Shown: positions 41,587 to 53,244, numbered from the stretch's first letter. The stretch: 64,000 nt of DNA from an uncultured Methanomicrobiales archaeon (GCA_963758915.1 CAVWXH010000009.1:1-64000); one strand, 5' to 3'. Notes: generated from the letters alone by a model not told the origin. Program-made: numbers and translations.

Positions 41587-42971
41587 CAAGATCTGCACTT
41601 GAAACATCAGTGCTCGAACGGATCAGGCCGCAGGCTGATGAAAGGGTGCATATCCTTACGGTAGCAGGTGAGCTGATTGACCTGGTCAACCGGAGCGGGA
41701 GGGCGACAGGGATGGTTGTAGGATCCGTTGCACGTGACACGTGGATCCGTGGTGACCGGGACCTCGATATATTCATGCTGTTCCCACCGGACCTCACACG
41801 GGAAGAACTCGAAGATGAGGGGCTTACACTTGCAAGGAACATTGCGGAATCAGCGGGGGGTACCTACCGTGAAAAGTATGCAGAACACCCATATATCAAT
41901 GCAATTATTGATGGCCTTGATATTGATATTGTCCCCTGTTACGCGGTACCAGATCCGGCAGCGATCAGGAGTGCCGTGGACAGGACACCGTTCCACACCC
42001 GGTATATAAAAGACCGCATCAGCAGCCTTATCGATGACGTGCTCCTTCTTAAACAATTTGCAAAGAATGGCGGGATTTATGGTTCTGACCAGATGACCGA
42101 AGGGTTCTCAGGGTACCTTTGTGAACTCCTTGTGTTCCATTACGGGGGTTTTATCCCGCTTCTTGCGGCAGCTTCAGACTGGTGGCCGGGAGTCCTTATC
42201 GATTGTTCAGACCACCGGACAAAGACATTTCATGAACCGCTGGTCGTGGTTGACCCTGTAGACCCGGGGAGAAATGTATCTGCCTCGGTATCACTCACCC
42301 GGATGTGCGAATTTATCGAGTTGTGCAGGGGTTATCTCGAGCGTCCCGGGGAAGGATTTTTTTTCCTTCCGGCCCCTCGTGCTGAGTCCAATGAAAAGGC
42401 AGAAATGCTGGTTGAAAAACGAAAAACCGCAATCTATACGCTGACATTCCCGACACCACCGTATATCGAGGAGATTGTAGTACCCCAGCTTCGAAAAAGT
42501 CTTGAGGCGATCTCCGCACTCCTTGCCAGGCATGAGTTCATTGTAAACCGTGCAGCGTATTGCATGAAAACGGACCGATGCATGCTCTTGTTTGAATTAC
42601 TCACCGATTCACTGCCACCCGTAACACGCCATTTCGGCCCGCCATTATGGGCCCGGGAAAATGCGAGGCAGTTTTCCGAAAAGTACATCCAGGGAATGGC
42701 AGAAGGACGCCTTTTTTCAGGGCCTTATATCGAAAACGGGATCTATGTCGTTGAACTGGAGCGGCGCTATTCATCCGCAGGTGACCTTCTGGCGTCACCC
42801 GATCTCCTGGAAGTCGGGCTCGGACGCCATGTCAGGTCGGAAATCCGGGATTCCCTTTCAGTCAGGAAAGGCCCGGATGGCATAGACGAGGAGTTTGCCA
42901 CCTTTATCACCTCATTTCTTGAAAAGTCATCCCCCCTTACACAGATCAGGCATCTGGAGAAAGGGAGGTAG
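41580..42971 (+). CDS. cca: CCA-adding tRNA nucleotidyltransferase (class I)
   Basis: GSVARDTW..DRDLDIF, YAEHPY, SAVDRTPFH and GFSGYLCELL motifs. Confidence 0.96.
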   Translation: MVTRSALETSVLERIRPQADERVHILTVAGELIDLVNRSGRATGMVVGSVARDTWIRGDRDLDIFMLFPPDLTREELEDEGLTLARNIAESAGGTYREKYAEHPYINAIIDGLDIDIVPCYAVPDPAAIRSAVDRTPFHTRYIKDRISSLIDDVLLLKQFAKNGGIYGSDQMTEGFSGYLCELLVFHYGGFIPLLAAASDWWPGVLIDCSDHRTKTFHEPLVVVDPVDPGRNVSASVSLTRMCEFIELCRGYLERPGEGFFFLPAPRAESNEKAEMLVEKRKTAIYTLTFPTPPYIEEIVVPQLRKSLEAISALLARHEFIVNRAAYCMKTDRCMLLFELLTDSLPPVTRHFGPPLWARENARQFSEKYIQGMAEGRLFSGPYIENGIYVVELERRYSSAGDLLASPDLLEVGLGRHVRSEIRDSLSVRKGPDGIDEEFATFITSFLEKSSPLTQIRHLEKGR

Positions 42972-43165
42972 GTGTTCATTGTGCCGGCAATCACTTTTTT
43001 TATCCGGCGGTTACCTTTGATTCGCCGGGTTTACGGTACCGGTCCCCGGATGCTGTTATGAGATACCTTCATATCTCCCCAAATTAGAAGATTCAATAAT
43101 TAAATCCCGGCAGGACTCCGGAGTAAGGCATGAAACCTTGCGTGGGTACCGACGGGCGGAGGATC

Positions 43166-44812
43166 ATGAACACTGAGGATGCTTTATCGAGGAACTCGAT
43201 CATTGTCATCGTATTATCGATCATTTTGATTGTCGCCGCTGCAGGGGCAATGATTTATTTCTCGTCGAGCCCTGACAAAGTGCCGCGTATGAATGCAACG
43301 GTTGAGGCATCGGGGAATGTGGTATATCTCTATCATGACGGAGGGGACCAGTTTCCAAAAGACCGCCTCCTGGTCCGGATAAACGGGGAGGACATCCCGG
43401 ACAGCCAGGTCTCACTGCTTCACTCGCAGACCTGGCCATGGACAGCAGGAAAAACTATAAAAGTCCAGTATTCCGGTAGTAGCAGCCCGGAAACGGTCCA
43501 GGTGATATACAGGAACGGGCAGAAGCAGACCGTGATAGTCTCGCAACAATTACACAGTGGTACCCCGGCCCCGGTTACCACCCCGGTCACGGTTGTACCG
43601 TCCACACCGTCATCCACCATTATGCCGGGAGTTACTCAGGGAGAGATCGTGCCGGTACAAACAGAGGTGATCCCGGGTATCCTGCCTATTACCATGGTCA
43701 TTCCACAGGTGACCCCTACTCCACCGCGGGCAGATTTCGTTGCGATGCCGACTTCAGGGCAGCTCCCGCTCGATGTGCAGTTTACAGACCTCTCAACAGG
43801 CATTCCCACCAAATGGTCATGGAATTTCGGAGATGGAAGTGTATCAACAGAACGAACCCCGGTACACAGGTATACCACCCCGGGCAGCTATACGGTCAGC
43901 CTCGTCGTGGAAAATAAATTCGGGTCTGATAAAAAGTCGATTCCCGGGTATATCTCGGCGGGCATTGCACCGGTAGCAAATTTTGCGGCTTCGCCACGTG
44001 ATGGTACGGCACCGCTGGAAGTTCATTTCACCGACCTTTCGACAGGGCAGCCCGTGGTATGGTCATGGGACTTTGGTGACGGTATGAAATCATCAGAATC
44101 AAACCCAACACATATCTATTCGTCCGGGGGTTCCTACCAGGTGATCCTCACGGTGGCAAATTCCTACGGGGCAGATACACGGATCAAGAATTCCTATATT
44201 TCCACGACCACCTCCCCCAGCCACGATGTGTATCTCTACGGAAGTACTTCAGGTTATCTGGCACCTGAAGGATATATTGCCTTCACCGTCACTACCACGG
44301 ACTCCTGGGTTAAGATTGCCGGAAGAATTTACCGGTTCATGGAAGGGGACAACGTCCAGCTCATTATCATGGACCCTTCATCCGGGGAGATCGATGCATC
44401 TTCATCCGCCATTACCGGCTTCAACTTTAATAAAGTAAACATGTACGTGAACGGGGCCCTTGTCCAGGAGGGAATTGTCACTGCTATCGGCATCACCGGG
44501 TATGGGAATTACCGTTCGTCAACGACGCTCATCATTCCTGCAGGAGATAGTACTACCGTATTCTTTGCAGACGGAGGCAGGACACTTATCAGCCCCGGAC
44601 AGCAGGTCATCATCAGGAACTTCAAACCCGACTCAACCGGCAGAATGGTCTTTACCAAAACAACCGGCGGAGTATTCTACAAAGGGGGGCTGAATCCTGG
44701 CAGCTCGTATGATACAATTAACCAGGCAATAAAAAACACTGCTTCCCGGTCATCTGGGTTTCGGGAGGGATGTTTTCTTTTCCTTTTTTTGTCAGGATGC
44801 AAGGTAATTTAA
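43166..44812 (+). CDS. Surface protein with archaeal pilin-like N-terminus and two PKD domains (C-terminus probably frameshifted near 44685)
   Basis: Hydrophobic N-terminus, HDGGD, two WSWxFGDG PKD repeats. Confidence 0.85.
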   Translation: MNTEDALSRNSIIVIVLSIILIVAAAGAMIYFSSSPDKVPRMNATVEASGNVVYLYHDGGDQFPKDRLLVRINGEDIPDSQVSLLHSQTWPWTAGKTIKVQYSGSSSPETVQVIYRNGQKQTVIVSQQLHSGTPAPVTTPVTVVPSTPSSTIMPGVTQGEIVPVQTEVIPGILPITMVIPQVTPTPPRADFVAMPTSGQLPLDVQFTDLSTGIPTKWSWNFGDGSVSTERTPVHRYTTPGSYTVSLVVENKFGSDKKSIPGYISAGIAPVANFAASPRDGTAPLEVHFTDLSTGQPVVWSWDFGDGMKSSESNPTHIYSSGGSYQVILTVANSYGADTRIKNSYISTTTSPSHDVYLYGSTSGYLAPEGYIAFTVTTTDSWVKIAGRIYRFMEGDNVQLIIMDPSSGEIDASSSAITGFNFNKVNMYVNGALVQEGIVTAIGITGYGNYRSSTTLIIPAGDSTTVFFADGGRTLISPGQQVIIRNFKPDSTGRMVFTKTTGGVFYKGGLNPGSSYDTINQAIKNTASRSSGFREGCFLFLFLSGCKVI

Positions 44813-45038
44813 GGTTGTATCCCTGATGGGGCACCAGATATCTGGTATTTTTCATTACCGTTCCGAAATAGTTATACATCACAAGATCGCAAACAATAAG
44901 CAGACAGGACATGTCGTCGTAATAAAAACAACGATATAACCTGGTATGTTACCTCATTCCCTGTTGTACTACTACGGGGGCATGGATACCCGGTAAAAAA
45001 GGAGGAATCACAATTATGCCAATGGGAGATTCAAGATC

Positions 45039-45947
45039 ATGAGAAACAGATTATTTGCCATTACGCTCGCTCTTATCATCCTGGGTATGGTCCTTATCTT
45101 ACCCGTATCTGCAGCAGATCAGCCGGCTGCATCCGTATCACAGGAGAAAGTAATCATATATGCGACTAATTTTTCGACAAACCCGTTATGGCAGACTAAT
45201 AATCCGACGCGCTATTACTGGGAGCCGCAGAAGGGGATGTACCACTATCTTATTCAGCCAGGTACCGGGGGATATTCATTCATCCCGGTGAATTATAACG
45301 GGGAATCTTTTACCCTTGAATATGATTATTACCCGCTTATTACCGATAAGGAACTATCGTTCCAGTTCGGAATGGGCAGCAATGAAATGGATATCACCCG
45401 TGGTACCAATGTGTTGTCCAAATTTACCAACAAGAAAAACGGCAAGCTGATGTGGCTCCAGGTGATCACCCAGAGCAATAAGCTGGCTGAAGTGAGCAGC
45501 GCCCATGACAGCTATGGCGGCCCCACGACGAATTTCGAAGATAACCAGACGTACCACGTCATTGTCCGGTACAATAAAGAACTTATGAACGCGGATATAA
45601 AAGTCAGCTATAAAAATAATCAGACGATGTTATGGGGATACTATGTAACACTGGGGGAGGAACTCCATACCATTAAACGACTTATGATTTCGTCCATCGG
45701 GATGTACGGGAATACAGAATCTGTCGCAGAAGGATATATCGATAATGTGGAACTATCAACGATGCGTGAGATAATTCCGGTCCCGACAACTGCAGCCCCT
45801 TTAATCACGACCCCGGTCACCACCGCAACAACAGTCCGGGCGACAACCACTGCAGCACCGACAAAGTCCCCCGGCACACCGGTCACTTTTCTCCTGGCGG
45901 TGGGTGTTGCAGGGATAACTGCATTAATACTTAACAGAAAGAATTAA
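45039..45947 (+). CDS. Secreted/surface protein with Thr-rich linker and C-terminal TM sorting-like signal
   Basis: Signal peptide; PTTAAP...TKSPG + TM + basic tail. Confidence 0.75.
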   Translation: MRNRLFAITLALIILGMVLILPVSAADQPAASVSQEKVIIYATNFSTNPLWQTNNPTRYYWEPQKGMYHYLIQPGTGGYSFIPVNYNGESFTLEYDYYPLITDKELSFQFGMGSNEMDITRGTNVLSKFTNKKNGKLMWLQVITQSNKLAEVSSAHDSYGGPTTNFEDNQTYHVIVRYNKELMNADIKVSYKNNQTMLWGYYVTLGEELHTIKRLMISSIGMYGNTESVAEGYIDNVELSTMREIIPVPTTAAPLITTPVTTATTVRATTTAAPTKSPGTPVTFLLAVGVAGITALILNRKN

Positions 45948-46035
45948 TCCATTTTTTTCCGGGCATCCCAAAAAAACTGCCACTACCAGATCACTTAATG
46001 CAGGGGAACAATAAACCCAGTCTCCAGGAATACCC

Positions 46036-46896
46036 ATGGATGACCAGCATGACGAACATATTATCGAAGCGATAGGGAAAAGCCGAATTCTTATCAGGGA
46101 TGGTAAAATTATTGAAGTGGGGGGCGCGTTGATCGCGACCTGTCCACTTGCTGAACGGTTTGCCAGACCTGTACATCTGATCACTCCCGAAGCGGTTGAA
46201 GAGAATTTTTCCAACAGGATAGCGGTGTTTGGTATGTGTACCAACGGGCGTGAAGTGCTTGGCAGCGGGGAATTTGTCGGGTTTGGAGCATCGGAGCTGA
46301 TGAGTGCCGGCCTGAAACTTGGGATCATAGACTGTGCAGTAGTTGCTTCTGACGGGGCTGGCACCGTTATTGTCAGGAGCCCCGAACTTGTGCAGGGAAT
46401 TGGCGGACGCATGTCAGGACTTGTGAAAACATCCCCCCTCCCTGGAATAATAAAAAAAATTGAAGAGGCAGGCGGATTAGTCCTTGATCCGGAAAAGGCG
46501 CGGATCGACCAGCCTGCGGGAACGGTTCTCGCTTTTGCTGAAGGCTATCGCCGGATTGCTGTCACGGTAGCCAGCGCGGCTGATGCTGCAAGGATCCGGG
46601 TGATCTGTCCTGAAGCACTGATTATTGCGGTACATACTACAGGTATAACCCGGGAAGAGGCAGAGGGACTTGCTGTTACTGCCGATCTTATCACGGCATG
46701 CGCCTCAAAATGGGTGAGGGAAATCGCAGGGAAAAAAGCGCTCCTCCAGGCAGGCACGGCCATCCCGGTGTTCGCCATGACCAGGCGCGGTAAGGACCTT
46801 ATCCTCGATAAACTAAAAATCTCGGATGAGCAGGTATTTCTTAAAGGCGCACGTCTGCCGTTTGCAGGTGAGGTCCAGCCTGCACCGCTGGTGTAA
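46036..46896 (+). CDS. Methanogenesis marker protein 8 (DUF2099)
   Basis: DEHIIEAIG, FVGFGASE, VQGIGGRMSGL and VHTTG motifs. Confidence 0.9.
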   Translation: MDDQHDEHIIEAIGKSRILIRDGKIIEVGGALIATCPLAERFARPVHLITPEAVEENFSNRIAVFGMCTNGREVLGSGEFVGFGASELMSAGLKLGIIDCAVVASDGAGTVIVRSPELVQGIGGRMSGLVKTSPLPGIIKKIEEAGGLVLDPEKARIDQPAGTVLAFAEGYRRIAVTVASAADAARIRVICPEALIIAVHTTGITREEAEGLAVTADLITACASKWVREIAGKKALLQAGTAIPVFAMTRRGKDLILDKLKISDEQVFLKGARLPFAGEVQPAPLV

Positions 46897-46910
46897 AACC
46901 GTGAAGTAAT

Positions 46911-46934
46911 GCCCCCCACGAATGCATGGGGGGC
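46911..46934. terminator. GC-rich hairpin between convergent genes
   Basis: GCCCCCCA-CGAATGCA-TGGGGGGC perfect 8-bp stem. Confidence 0.4.
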
Positions 46935-47025
46935 TACCGGTCAGGTTATCCTTGTTTCAGGATGTATTTTCTATAATTGCCGATAATGCCGCTGGGAAAC
47001 TAAACAGAAAAAAAATTCGAGGTGT

Positions 47026-47892
47026 TTATTCATTCACGTGGTCGTAGAGCAACATGACCCTTGAAACCATGAATACCGCTGCAATAGTTCCATCCGGGCC
47101 GATAATTGGTCCAACATAGAAATACCGGGTGATCTCCCCTTCTTCCACCAGGGTTACCTCTTCATCACACACAGGATTTCCGGAACAAAAGACAGAGCGG
47201 ATCATCTCCTCGATCCTGGCAGATTCTGAAGATAAGATCCTGATTTCCCGGGGTGTCTTACCAATGAATTCCCCGGGTCCGGCCCCTGCAGACTCTGCCC
47301 GGGCGGTGTTAACAAACAGGTAGTGGCATTCACTATCAAAAATGCTTATTTCATCGGGAAGTTTTTCAATGATCTGGTGGAGCAGGTCCCGTTCCGCCCT
47401 GGCTTCAAGAAGTAGTGACACCGCTTTCTGGTCCTTTCGTTCCCATTTATCAGTTTCGAGAATATCAAGGAAATAAATCAATGCCCCGTAATAAGATCCG
47501 TCCGCCAGATGAAGGGGGACGGTCCGGGAGACCACGAGCATTGTTGACCGGTCTTTCCGGAGTACCTTGTGGAGGGTATGCACGCCATCTTTATCGACAA
47601 CCTTGTTTCCTGATGCCTCAGAGTCTGCAAATGTAAGGAACTCAACAGGTGAATGTCCAATCATCTCCTCCTGTGAACAACCAACGATCGCTGCGCCTTT
47701 TGGGTTTACCACGAGAATACGATTGTTCTGGTCAAGGTACCAGATCCCCTCCCCGGCATTATCAATAATAAAATGGACCAGCGAGGGTGGAAACTCCCCC
47801 CGCCAGTGAATTTCCTGTGGGTGTTCCTTCTTATTCATGGGATTGACCAGGTGTGAAGATTCAGGGAGAATATATGTCCCTTTATGGAGCAT
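47026..47892 (-). CDS. Stand-alone tandem PAS domain protein
   Basis: Two PAS folds (IIDNAGEGIW..VN..EEMIG; IIEKLPDEI..VN..FIGK); no output domain. Confidence 0.75.
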   Translation of the reverse strand: MLHKGTYILPESSHLVNPMNKKEHPQEIHWRGEFPPSLVHFIIDNAGEGIWYLDQNNRILVVNPKGAAIVGCSQEEMIGHSPVEFLTFADSEASGNKVVDKDGVHTLHKVLRKDRSTMLVVSRTVPLHLADGSYYGALIYFLDILETDKWERKDQKAVSLLLEARAERDLLHQIIEKLPDEISIFDSECHYLFVNTARAESAGAGPGEFIGKTPREIRILSSESARIEEMIRSVFCSGNPVCDEEVTLVEEGEITRYFYVGPIIGPDGTIAAVFMVSRVMLLYDHVNE

Positions 47893-47934
47893 CTCTTTTG
47901 TTCTTTTCAATATGAGACAATATCTGAATAAGAT

Positions 47935-48436
47935 ATCTTTGTTGAAATACACTTGAACGGGAGGCTTACACCCGGGCTGTCAAAATACCTCGTTCAAAAT
48001 TTTCCATAGATTGGGGTCCGTTTTGTCATTTCCAATGAAAATCCCATCGACAATTTCATTGTTTATGCCCGACAGCGGGGCGGTCACAGGCGCTTAATAT
48101 GAAAAACCCCACTGGCAATTTCATGTTGTATGCTTGTGGTCTTGTGGCATCATGCCTGTTTTGATGGGAAATGCACTTTGTTGAAATGCTCTGAAACTAT
48201 CTTACCTGCTTGAAGTATTTCGAAATTTACTCAACGCCCCGGGGGCTCATGCTCCGCCGCTTCGGGGATCCCGGTTGGGATAGGAAATGATCTCTTCAAT
48301 CCCTTAAAATTTCAGGGTTTCTACCGCTGAACCCTGCCCGGGAGTATCGTAATGGGGGTGGGACAGGGATGAGTTGGAAACCCCTCGTATCAACGTATTT
48401 CCTCTTACGTTCAATATGCAGGGTTTCAACAAAACC
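47935..48436 (+). mobile_element. Composite MITE-like element: TIR-module B-TIR-module A-TIR
   Basis: CTTTGTTGAAAT at 47937 and 48176; module B is the reverse complement of 13970-14187; right TIR GTTTCAACAAAACC. Confidence 0.85.
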
Positions 48437-48466
48437 GGTATTCCAAAACATTGGAATCGCGAACAA

Positions 48467-49270
48467 TCAGGAGAGAAGCGTTTTTATAATAGTCCCTAAG
48501 GCAATCAGGATAAACATCACGGCAATTATCTTCTTTAAAGATTCCGCCGGGATCCCGGGGGCGAGTCTCGACCCTAGCTGTGCTCCGAAAAATCCACCTG
48601 CTGCAAATGTGACCGCAAGTGCCGGGAGGATATGCCCCAGTGCAAGATGTACTGCCGTACCAGCGAGAGACGTAAAAAAGATGATGAACGTGGAACTTGC
48701 AGCAGCAAAATGTATGGGCATCCCGAGGATGAAAAGTGCCGGCACATTGATAACACCACCCCCCAGGCCGCATACACCCCCGATGAGTCCTGAAAGGGCC
48801 CCCCAGGTAATGAGGTGGAGATAATATATCCTCATCGTAACGCACGTGGAAAACCGGTCCCTGCACTCCTCGCTAAATGACGGTCCGATCGTAATCGGGT
48901 AAATCAGGGTGCGGTCCCCGGAAAGCATGGCAACCGCGAAGAGTATTATCAACCCTGAAAAAATTAGCGCAAGCCATGAACCCGGCAACACTGCGGTGAG
49001 AAGACCCCCTATAACCGCCCCGATGATTCCAGGAATAATCATAACCGTGGCAGCACGGTAGAATATCCGCCCCTGGCGGGCAAAAGAAAACGACCCCGAA
49101 AAGGATGTCGCAACAATTACTGCAAGACTTGTCCCGATGGCCATCTTCTGGTCAAGACCAAAAAGGATTGTGAATACCGGCACCATCAGGAACCCGCCAC
49201 CGACTCCGAGGACGGCTGCGATCACTCCTATTCCGATTGCGATGATGATTGCAATGATAAATTCGAGCAG
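48467..49270 (-). CDS. TauE/SafE (TSUP) family sulfite exporter; start uncertain (CTG 49270 or upstream GTG 49390)
   Basis: GVGGGFLMVP, AIGTSL and GLGGGVINVP motifs. Confidence 0.88.
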   Translation of the reverse strand: MLEFIIAIIIAIGIGVIAAVLGVGGGFLMVPVFTILFGLDQKMAIGTSLAVIVATSFSGSFSFARQGRIFYRAATVMIIPGIIGAVIGGLLTAVLPGSWLALIFSGLIILFAVAMLSGDRTLIYPITIGPSFSEECRDRFSTCVTMRIYYLHLITWGALSGLIGGVCGLGGGVINVPALFILGMPIHFAAASSTFIIFFTSLAGTAVHLALGHILPALAVTFAAGGFFGAQLGSRLAPGIPAESLKKIIAVMFILIALGTIIKTLLS

Positions 49271-49436
49271 TTGAACCTCTCCTTCCTGCCGGGTATCCAA
49301 ACGAAAATAATGTGAGGCAACCGGATAAATGGGTGGGATTTGAACTGCAGTGAGACCGTCATATCCTGCGAATAAAAGCCGGGTAAACACCTGGCAACAT
49401 GCTCAAAAAAAAATTGTTGTAAAAGTAAGAAAAATT

Positions 49437-49807
49437 CGCTCTGTAGAAACACACATGAACGGTGAGTTCATACCCGAACCATGAAAATGCCATGTTCAAA
49501 ATCTCTTCATATTGGAGTTCATTCACGCATTTACATGGAAAATCCACTCAAATCTATCTTGCAGATTGGTAATTCCAAAATTTCATCACGCTCCTCCCGG
49601 GGCTCATGGCCCGCCGCTCTGGCGACCCCGGTTGGGATAGAGACGATTCCCCGAATACTCTGAATTTAATGAGCCTTCAGGAAACCCTGCCCGAAGAATA
49701 TATTAATGGGGGTGGGGCAGGGAGGGGGTGAAAACCGGTTGAAACCCCCTCATGTCTTCGTATTTCCCTCTTATTTTTTATGACACAGAAGGGTTTTCTA
49801 CAAAGCC
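49437..49807 (+). mobile_element. Composite MITE-like element: module B-short + module A between TIRs
   Basis: CGCTCTGTAGAAAC ... TTTCTACAAAGCC; module A nearly identical to the 36387 copy. Confidence 0.88.
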
Positions 49808-49813
49808 GAAATA

Positions 49814-50194
49814 TTAATATTTTTTCGGTTTATTTGACCACAAGCCATGTTTGTTGCAGTACGATCGGGCTTTAACATCAGCTGAGGTAACGGGAAATTC
49901 CGCTTCCGGTGAATCACCTGGCTGCAGGCCCCTGACATGAAGATAGTTACCTGATCTGACTTCGATCCACTCAATATAGTGCTCTCCCTCCATCGGGTGC
50001 GGGACTGAACCGACTTTTACTTTAATGCCGTTTCCTGTCTTCTCAATCACAGGCAGGTGCTTCTCTTTGCCCTGGTCTTCTGCCTTTTCTATCTGCAGTT
50101 CCATTGGCTGGTTACAACAGACTGAGGTACCCACCCCATTATGGATTACCATCACAATCTTACCGCATACGTTACACTTCATTACATCGAGCAT
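49814..50194 (-). CDS. dfx: Desulfoferrodoxin (2Fe superoxide reductase)
   Basis: CNVCG..CC, EKHLP, HPM..EHYI and CNKHG motifs. Confidence 0.95.
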   Translation of the reverse strand: MLDVMKCNVCGKIVMVIHNGVGTSVCCNQPMELQIEKAEDQGKEKHLPVIEKTGNGIKVKVGSVPHPMEGEHYIEWIEVRSGNYLHVRGLQPGDSPEAEFPVTSADVKARSYCNKHGLWSNKPKKY

Positions 50195-50402
50195 GTAGTT
50201 GCCTCTCTATTAGGGAAATCTTCATTGGAATATAATAGTATCGGTCGGTATGGATTATCAGGGAGTGAGGGGAGATCCATTATGGACCAGGTGGATATTC
50301 CGGCCGCTGTTTATAGTCCCGACCTGGCTTTGACGAAAATGGGTATCTACATGGAGTGCCTATGGTACAGGTAACTGTGGACTAGCCAGAATAATCAGGA
50401 GG

Positions 50403-51488
50403 ATGTTTTGTCACATGTATTCGTGCCGCTATTACCGGATATATGATATCGGCAGGGAAATTAACCTCGAACGACTGGAGACAGCTCTTGCTGAAGCACT
50501 TGCGGCCAATTATTCTTTAGGTCGTGCCAGTTTTCAGAGGGTCCAGCCAAAATCGATCATGATGGAGGAACCCCCCCTCATGCTCAGAATGGACACGGTC
50601 CGTGTGAAACGGGGCGAGCGCGACTTTGATTTCTGGGTGATCGCGAAGGTCTACGATATCGGGGCGATAAGCCTGTGTTTTGTGTATGAAAATAGCAGGT
50701 CCCCGGTCAAAGACCTGGAGGATACAGCAGTCCTCTTTTACGGGCAGGATGGACTGGCAGGTATTTTCCAGCAATACCTGGCAACAATCGGAGAGATACT
50801 CCGCCCACACCTCAAAGACCTGACCATTGATCATGAATTTTTTGAGGATTACACGATCTACATAATGGACAGGATTGACAATTCCATCGATCCGGTCACC
50901 CTGATGACGGGCGAACGGGGCAATATTTCACCGCAGATGCGCGAGGAAATCACGAGAAACACACTCTCCTACCGCACCGATGACCTTGCCATCCTTTCAT
51001 GGGATTCGGCCCTTCTATGCGAACCTGAAAACCCTACCGATATTATTGACCTGATTGAATTTGCAAATGTGCAGGTACTCGAACTCCGTTATTACGACCG
51101 TGAACTGACACGGCAGATGGAGAAGATGTACGATGATATCGACCTGGCTGACAAACTTCCCGGGTTTCGGCGGAGCAGGCAGTACCATGCAATTATGGCC
51201 GGGCAGATGAGGACATCCGCAGAGATATCAGAGATCATCGAAAAAGTAAATAACCTCATCAAGGTGACGGAAGACGTCTATTATGCCCGCGTGTATGATA
51301 TGGTACTCAAGGTAAGCCGGAGCCGACAGTGGAGCGACAGTGTAAGCAGGAAAATTGAAGTAATCCAGGAGACCTATTCCATGCTGTCAGACGAGGTCCG
51401 GATCCAGCATTCCAATAACCTTGAATGGGTCATTATTGCCCTCATAGCACTGGAATTTGTGTTTGCCATCTGGCAGGCACTCAAATAA
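50403..51488 (+). CDS. RMD1/DUF155-like protein with C-terminal TM helix
   Basis: FANVQVLELRYYD and LEWVIIALIALE motifs. Confidence 0.7.
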   Translation: MFCHMYSCRYYRIYDIGREINLERLETALAEALAANYSLGRASFQRVQPKSIMMEEPPLMLRMDTVRVKRGERDFDFWVIAKVYDIGAISLCFVYENSRSPVKDLEDTAVLFYGQDGLAGIFQQYLATIGEILRPHLKDLTIDHEFFEDYTIYIMDRIDNSIDPVTLMTGERGNISPQMREEITRNTLSYRTDDLAILSWDSALLCEPENPTDIIDLIEFANVQVLELRYYDRELTRQMEKMYDDIDLADKLPGFRRSRQYHAIMAGQMRTSAEISEIIEKVNNLIKVTEDVYYARVYDMVLKVSRSRQWSDSVSRKIEVIQETYSMLSDEVRIQHSNNLEWVIIALIALEFVFAIWQALK

Positions 51489-51595
51489 AAAGGCCCCGGG
51501 ACTCTTTATGATTACCGGGTTATGAAAAAAGCGTTGATCTGACCAGAATAACTGCATGAAACTACGCAACAGTACCAGAGAAGCAGGAGGTTTGT

Positions 51596-52066
51596 ATGGG
51601 GTTCGATTGTAAACAGTGTGGGACATGTTGCATGTACATGGGGGATTATATTAGTATTGACCGTGAGATCGGCCCGTTTGAATTTGAATGCAGTTCCGTC
51701 TCAACAGGGACACCATTTTCTGCAACGGTTGACGAGGATAAACGGGAGCTCTTCATTGATACGACATGGATACAGGAACACCCGGAAGCATGCCGGTTTC
51801 TCCGACCATCAGGCGAGCGGATCATATGTACCATCCATACTTCAAGTGCCCCACAGTGTAAGTTCTACCGGTGCGTGGTTTTCCGGGTGTATACCCCGGA
51901 AAGGAAGTTCCTTGGAACAGTAACAGGCACCCTTGCATTACATACAGGGGACGAGGAGTTACAGTCAGTCTGGGAACGGGGAGATCGGATTATCGAGTGG
52001 GAATCCCCGGATGTGGAGGACCAGATAGCCGCCTATCTCATTAATAATGGATATATTCCCGAATAG
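51596..52066 (+). CDS. YkgJ-family cysteine-cluster protein
   Basis: CKQCGTCC, CRFL and CTIH...C motifs. Confidence 0.85.
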   Translation: MGFDCKQCGTCCMYMGDYISIDREIGPFEFECSSVSTGTPFSATVDEDKRELFIDTTWIQEHPEACRFLRPSGERIICTIHTSSAPQCKFYRCVVFRVYTPERKFLGTVTGTLALHTGDEELQSVWERGDRIIEWESPDVEDQIAAYLINNGYIPE

Positions 52067-52210
52067 TCCAACCCTGGCAGCACTACTGGAAATCTCCTGC
52101 ACCGGGTAAATACCGGCCTGAAGAACCATATGGATTCTTTGGGATATACTCAGGTTTCCCCCGTCTTATACGGAATATTAATTGCGTCTGCGGTGAATGG
52201 GCAGTTACGA

Positions 52211-53128
52211 ATGATTCCACGCGAGGTTATCACCGGTGCTATGTTTGGTGGACATAACTGTGACGGACACCCGGAATCCCAGTCCAGGCTGCTCTGTGCG
52301 ATGAAGGGTATTCCCAGGGACGTGAAGCTCCTCAAACCCGAAATTGCATCACCTGAAGACCTGGCAAGATCGCACGACGAAAATTATATCGAGTTGGTGG
52401 CAGAACGTTGCCGGGAATGCCTGCCCGGGAAGTGCCTCTACCTGGACTCTGACACGTACATTACCGGTAATTCCTACAATATTGCACGTCTTGCTGCAGG
52501 TTCTGCGATAAAAGCAGTTGAGAGGGTCTTTGGAGGTAGTCACTGCTTTGCGCTGGTCAGGCCACCGGGCCATCATGCGGACAGCAGGCACGCCATGGGA
52601 TTTTGTCTTTTCAATAATGCAGCGATAGCCGCCACATATGCACTATTACGATGTGACAGGGTCGCAATCGTTGACTGGGACGTGCACCACGGCAATGGTA
52701 CCCAGGAAATCTTCTATGATTCACCAGATGTGTTGTACTGCTCTGTCCACCAGGCATGCCATTATCCAGGAACCGGTACCCCGGGAGAAACCGGTACCGG
52801 GGCAGGAAAGGGGTTCACACTGAACATTCCGTTACCCGCCGGATCATCTGCCAGAGAATACCGGGCTGCATTTGAGCACATAATTATCCCGGGACTACAG
52901 CAGTACCAACCCGATATCATTATTGTTTCTGCTGGACAGGACTGCCTTTTTGATGACCCGCTTGGGAATATGGACCTCCGTCCCAAAGATGTTGGTGAGA
53001 TGGCCAGGCTGGTATGTGAATGCTCCGGAGGCCCGGTTGCATTTATCCTTGAAGGTGGATACGGCCCGTCACATGGTGAGGCTGTTGCGGAGATATTCGG
53101 GGCCATGGGGAACGATTCATTGCAATAA
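52211..53128 (+). CDS. Histone deacetylase family amidohydrolase
   Basis: [29 protein letters not shown] and LEGGY motifs. Confidence 0.93.
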   Translation: MIPREVITGAMFGGHNCDGHPESQSRLLCAMKGIPRDVKLLKPEIASPEDLARSHDENYIELVAERCRECLPGKCLYLDSDTYITGNSYNIARLAAGSAIKAVERVFGGSHCFALVRPPGHHADSRHAMGFCLFNNAAIAATYALLRCDRVAIVDWDVHHGNGTQEIFYDSPDVLYCSVHQACHYPGTGTPGETGTGAGKGFTLNIPLPAGSSAREYRAAFEHIIIPGLQQYQPDIIIVSAGQDCLFDDPLGNMDLRPKDVGEMARLVCECSGGPVAFILEGGYGPSHGEAVAEIFGAMGNDSLQ

Positions 53129-53129
53129 C

Positions 53130-53207
53130 GGCTTTGTTGAAACCCTTCGGTATCATAAAAAATAAGAGGGAAATACGAAGAATGGAGGGGGTGAAACCCA
53201 TTCCTGT
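53130..53207 (-). mobile_element. Partial module A (terminal 78 bp with perfect TIR)
   Basis: GGCTTTGTTGAAACCCTTCGGTATCATAAAAAATAAGAGGGAAATACGAAGA is the reverse complement of the 36387-copy end. Confidence 0.8.
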
Positions 53208-53244
53208 CAGACATGCGGTTTGGGGTTATTGGCGGTGACCCTGC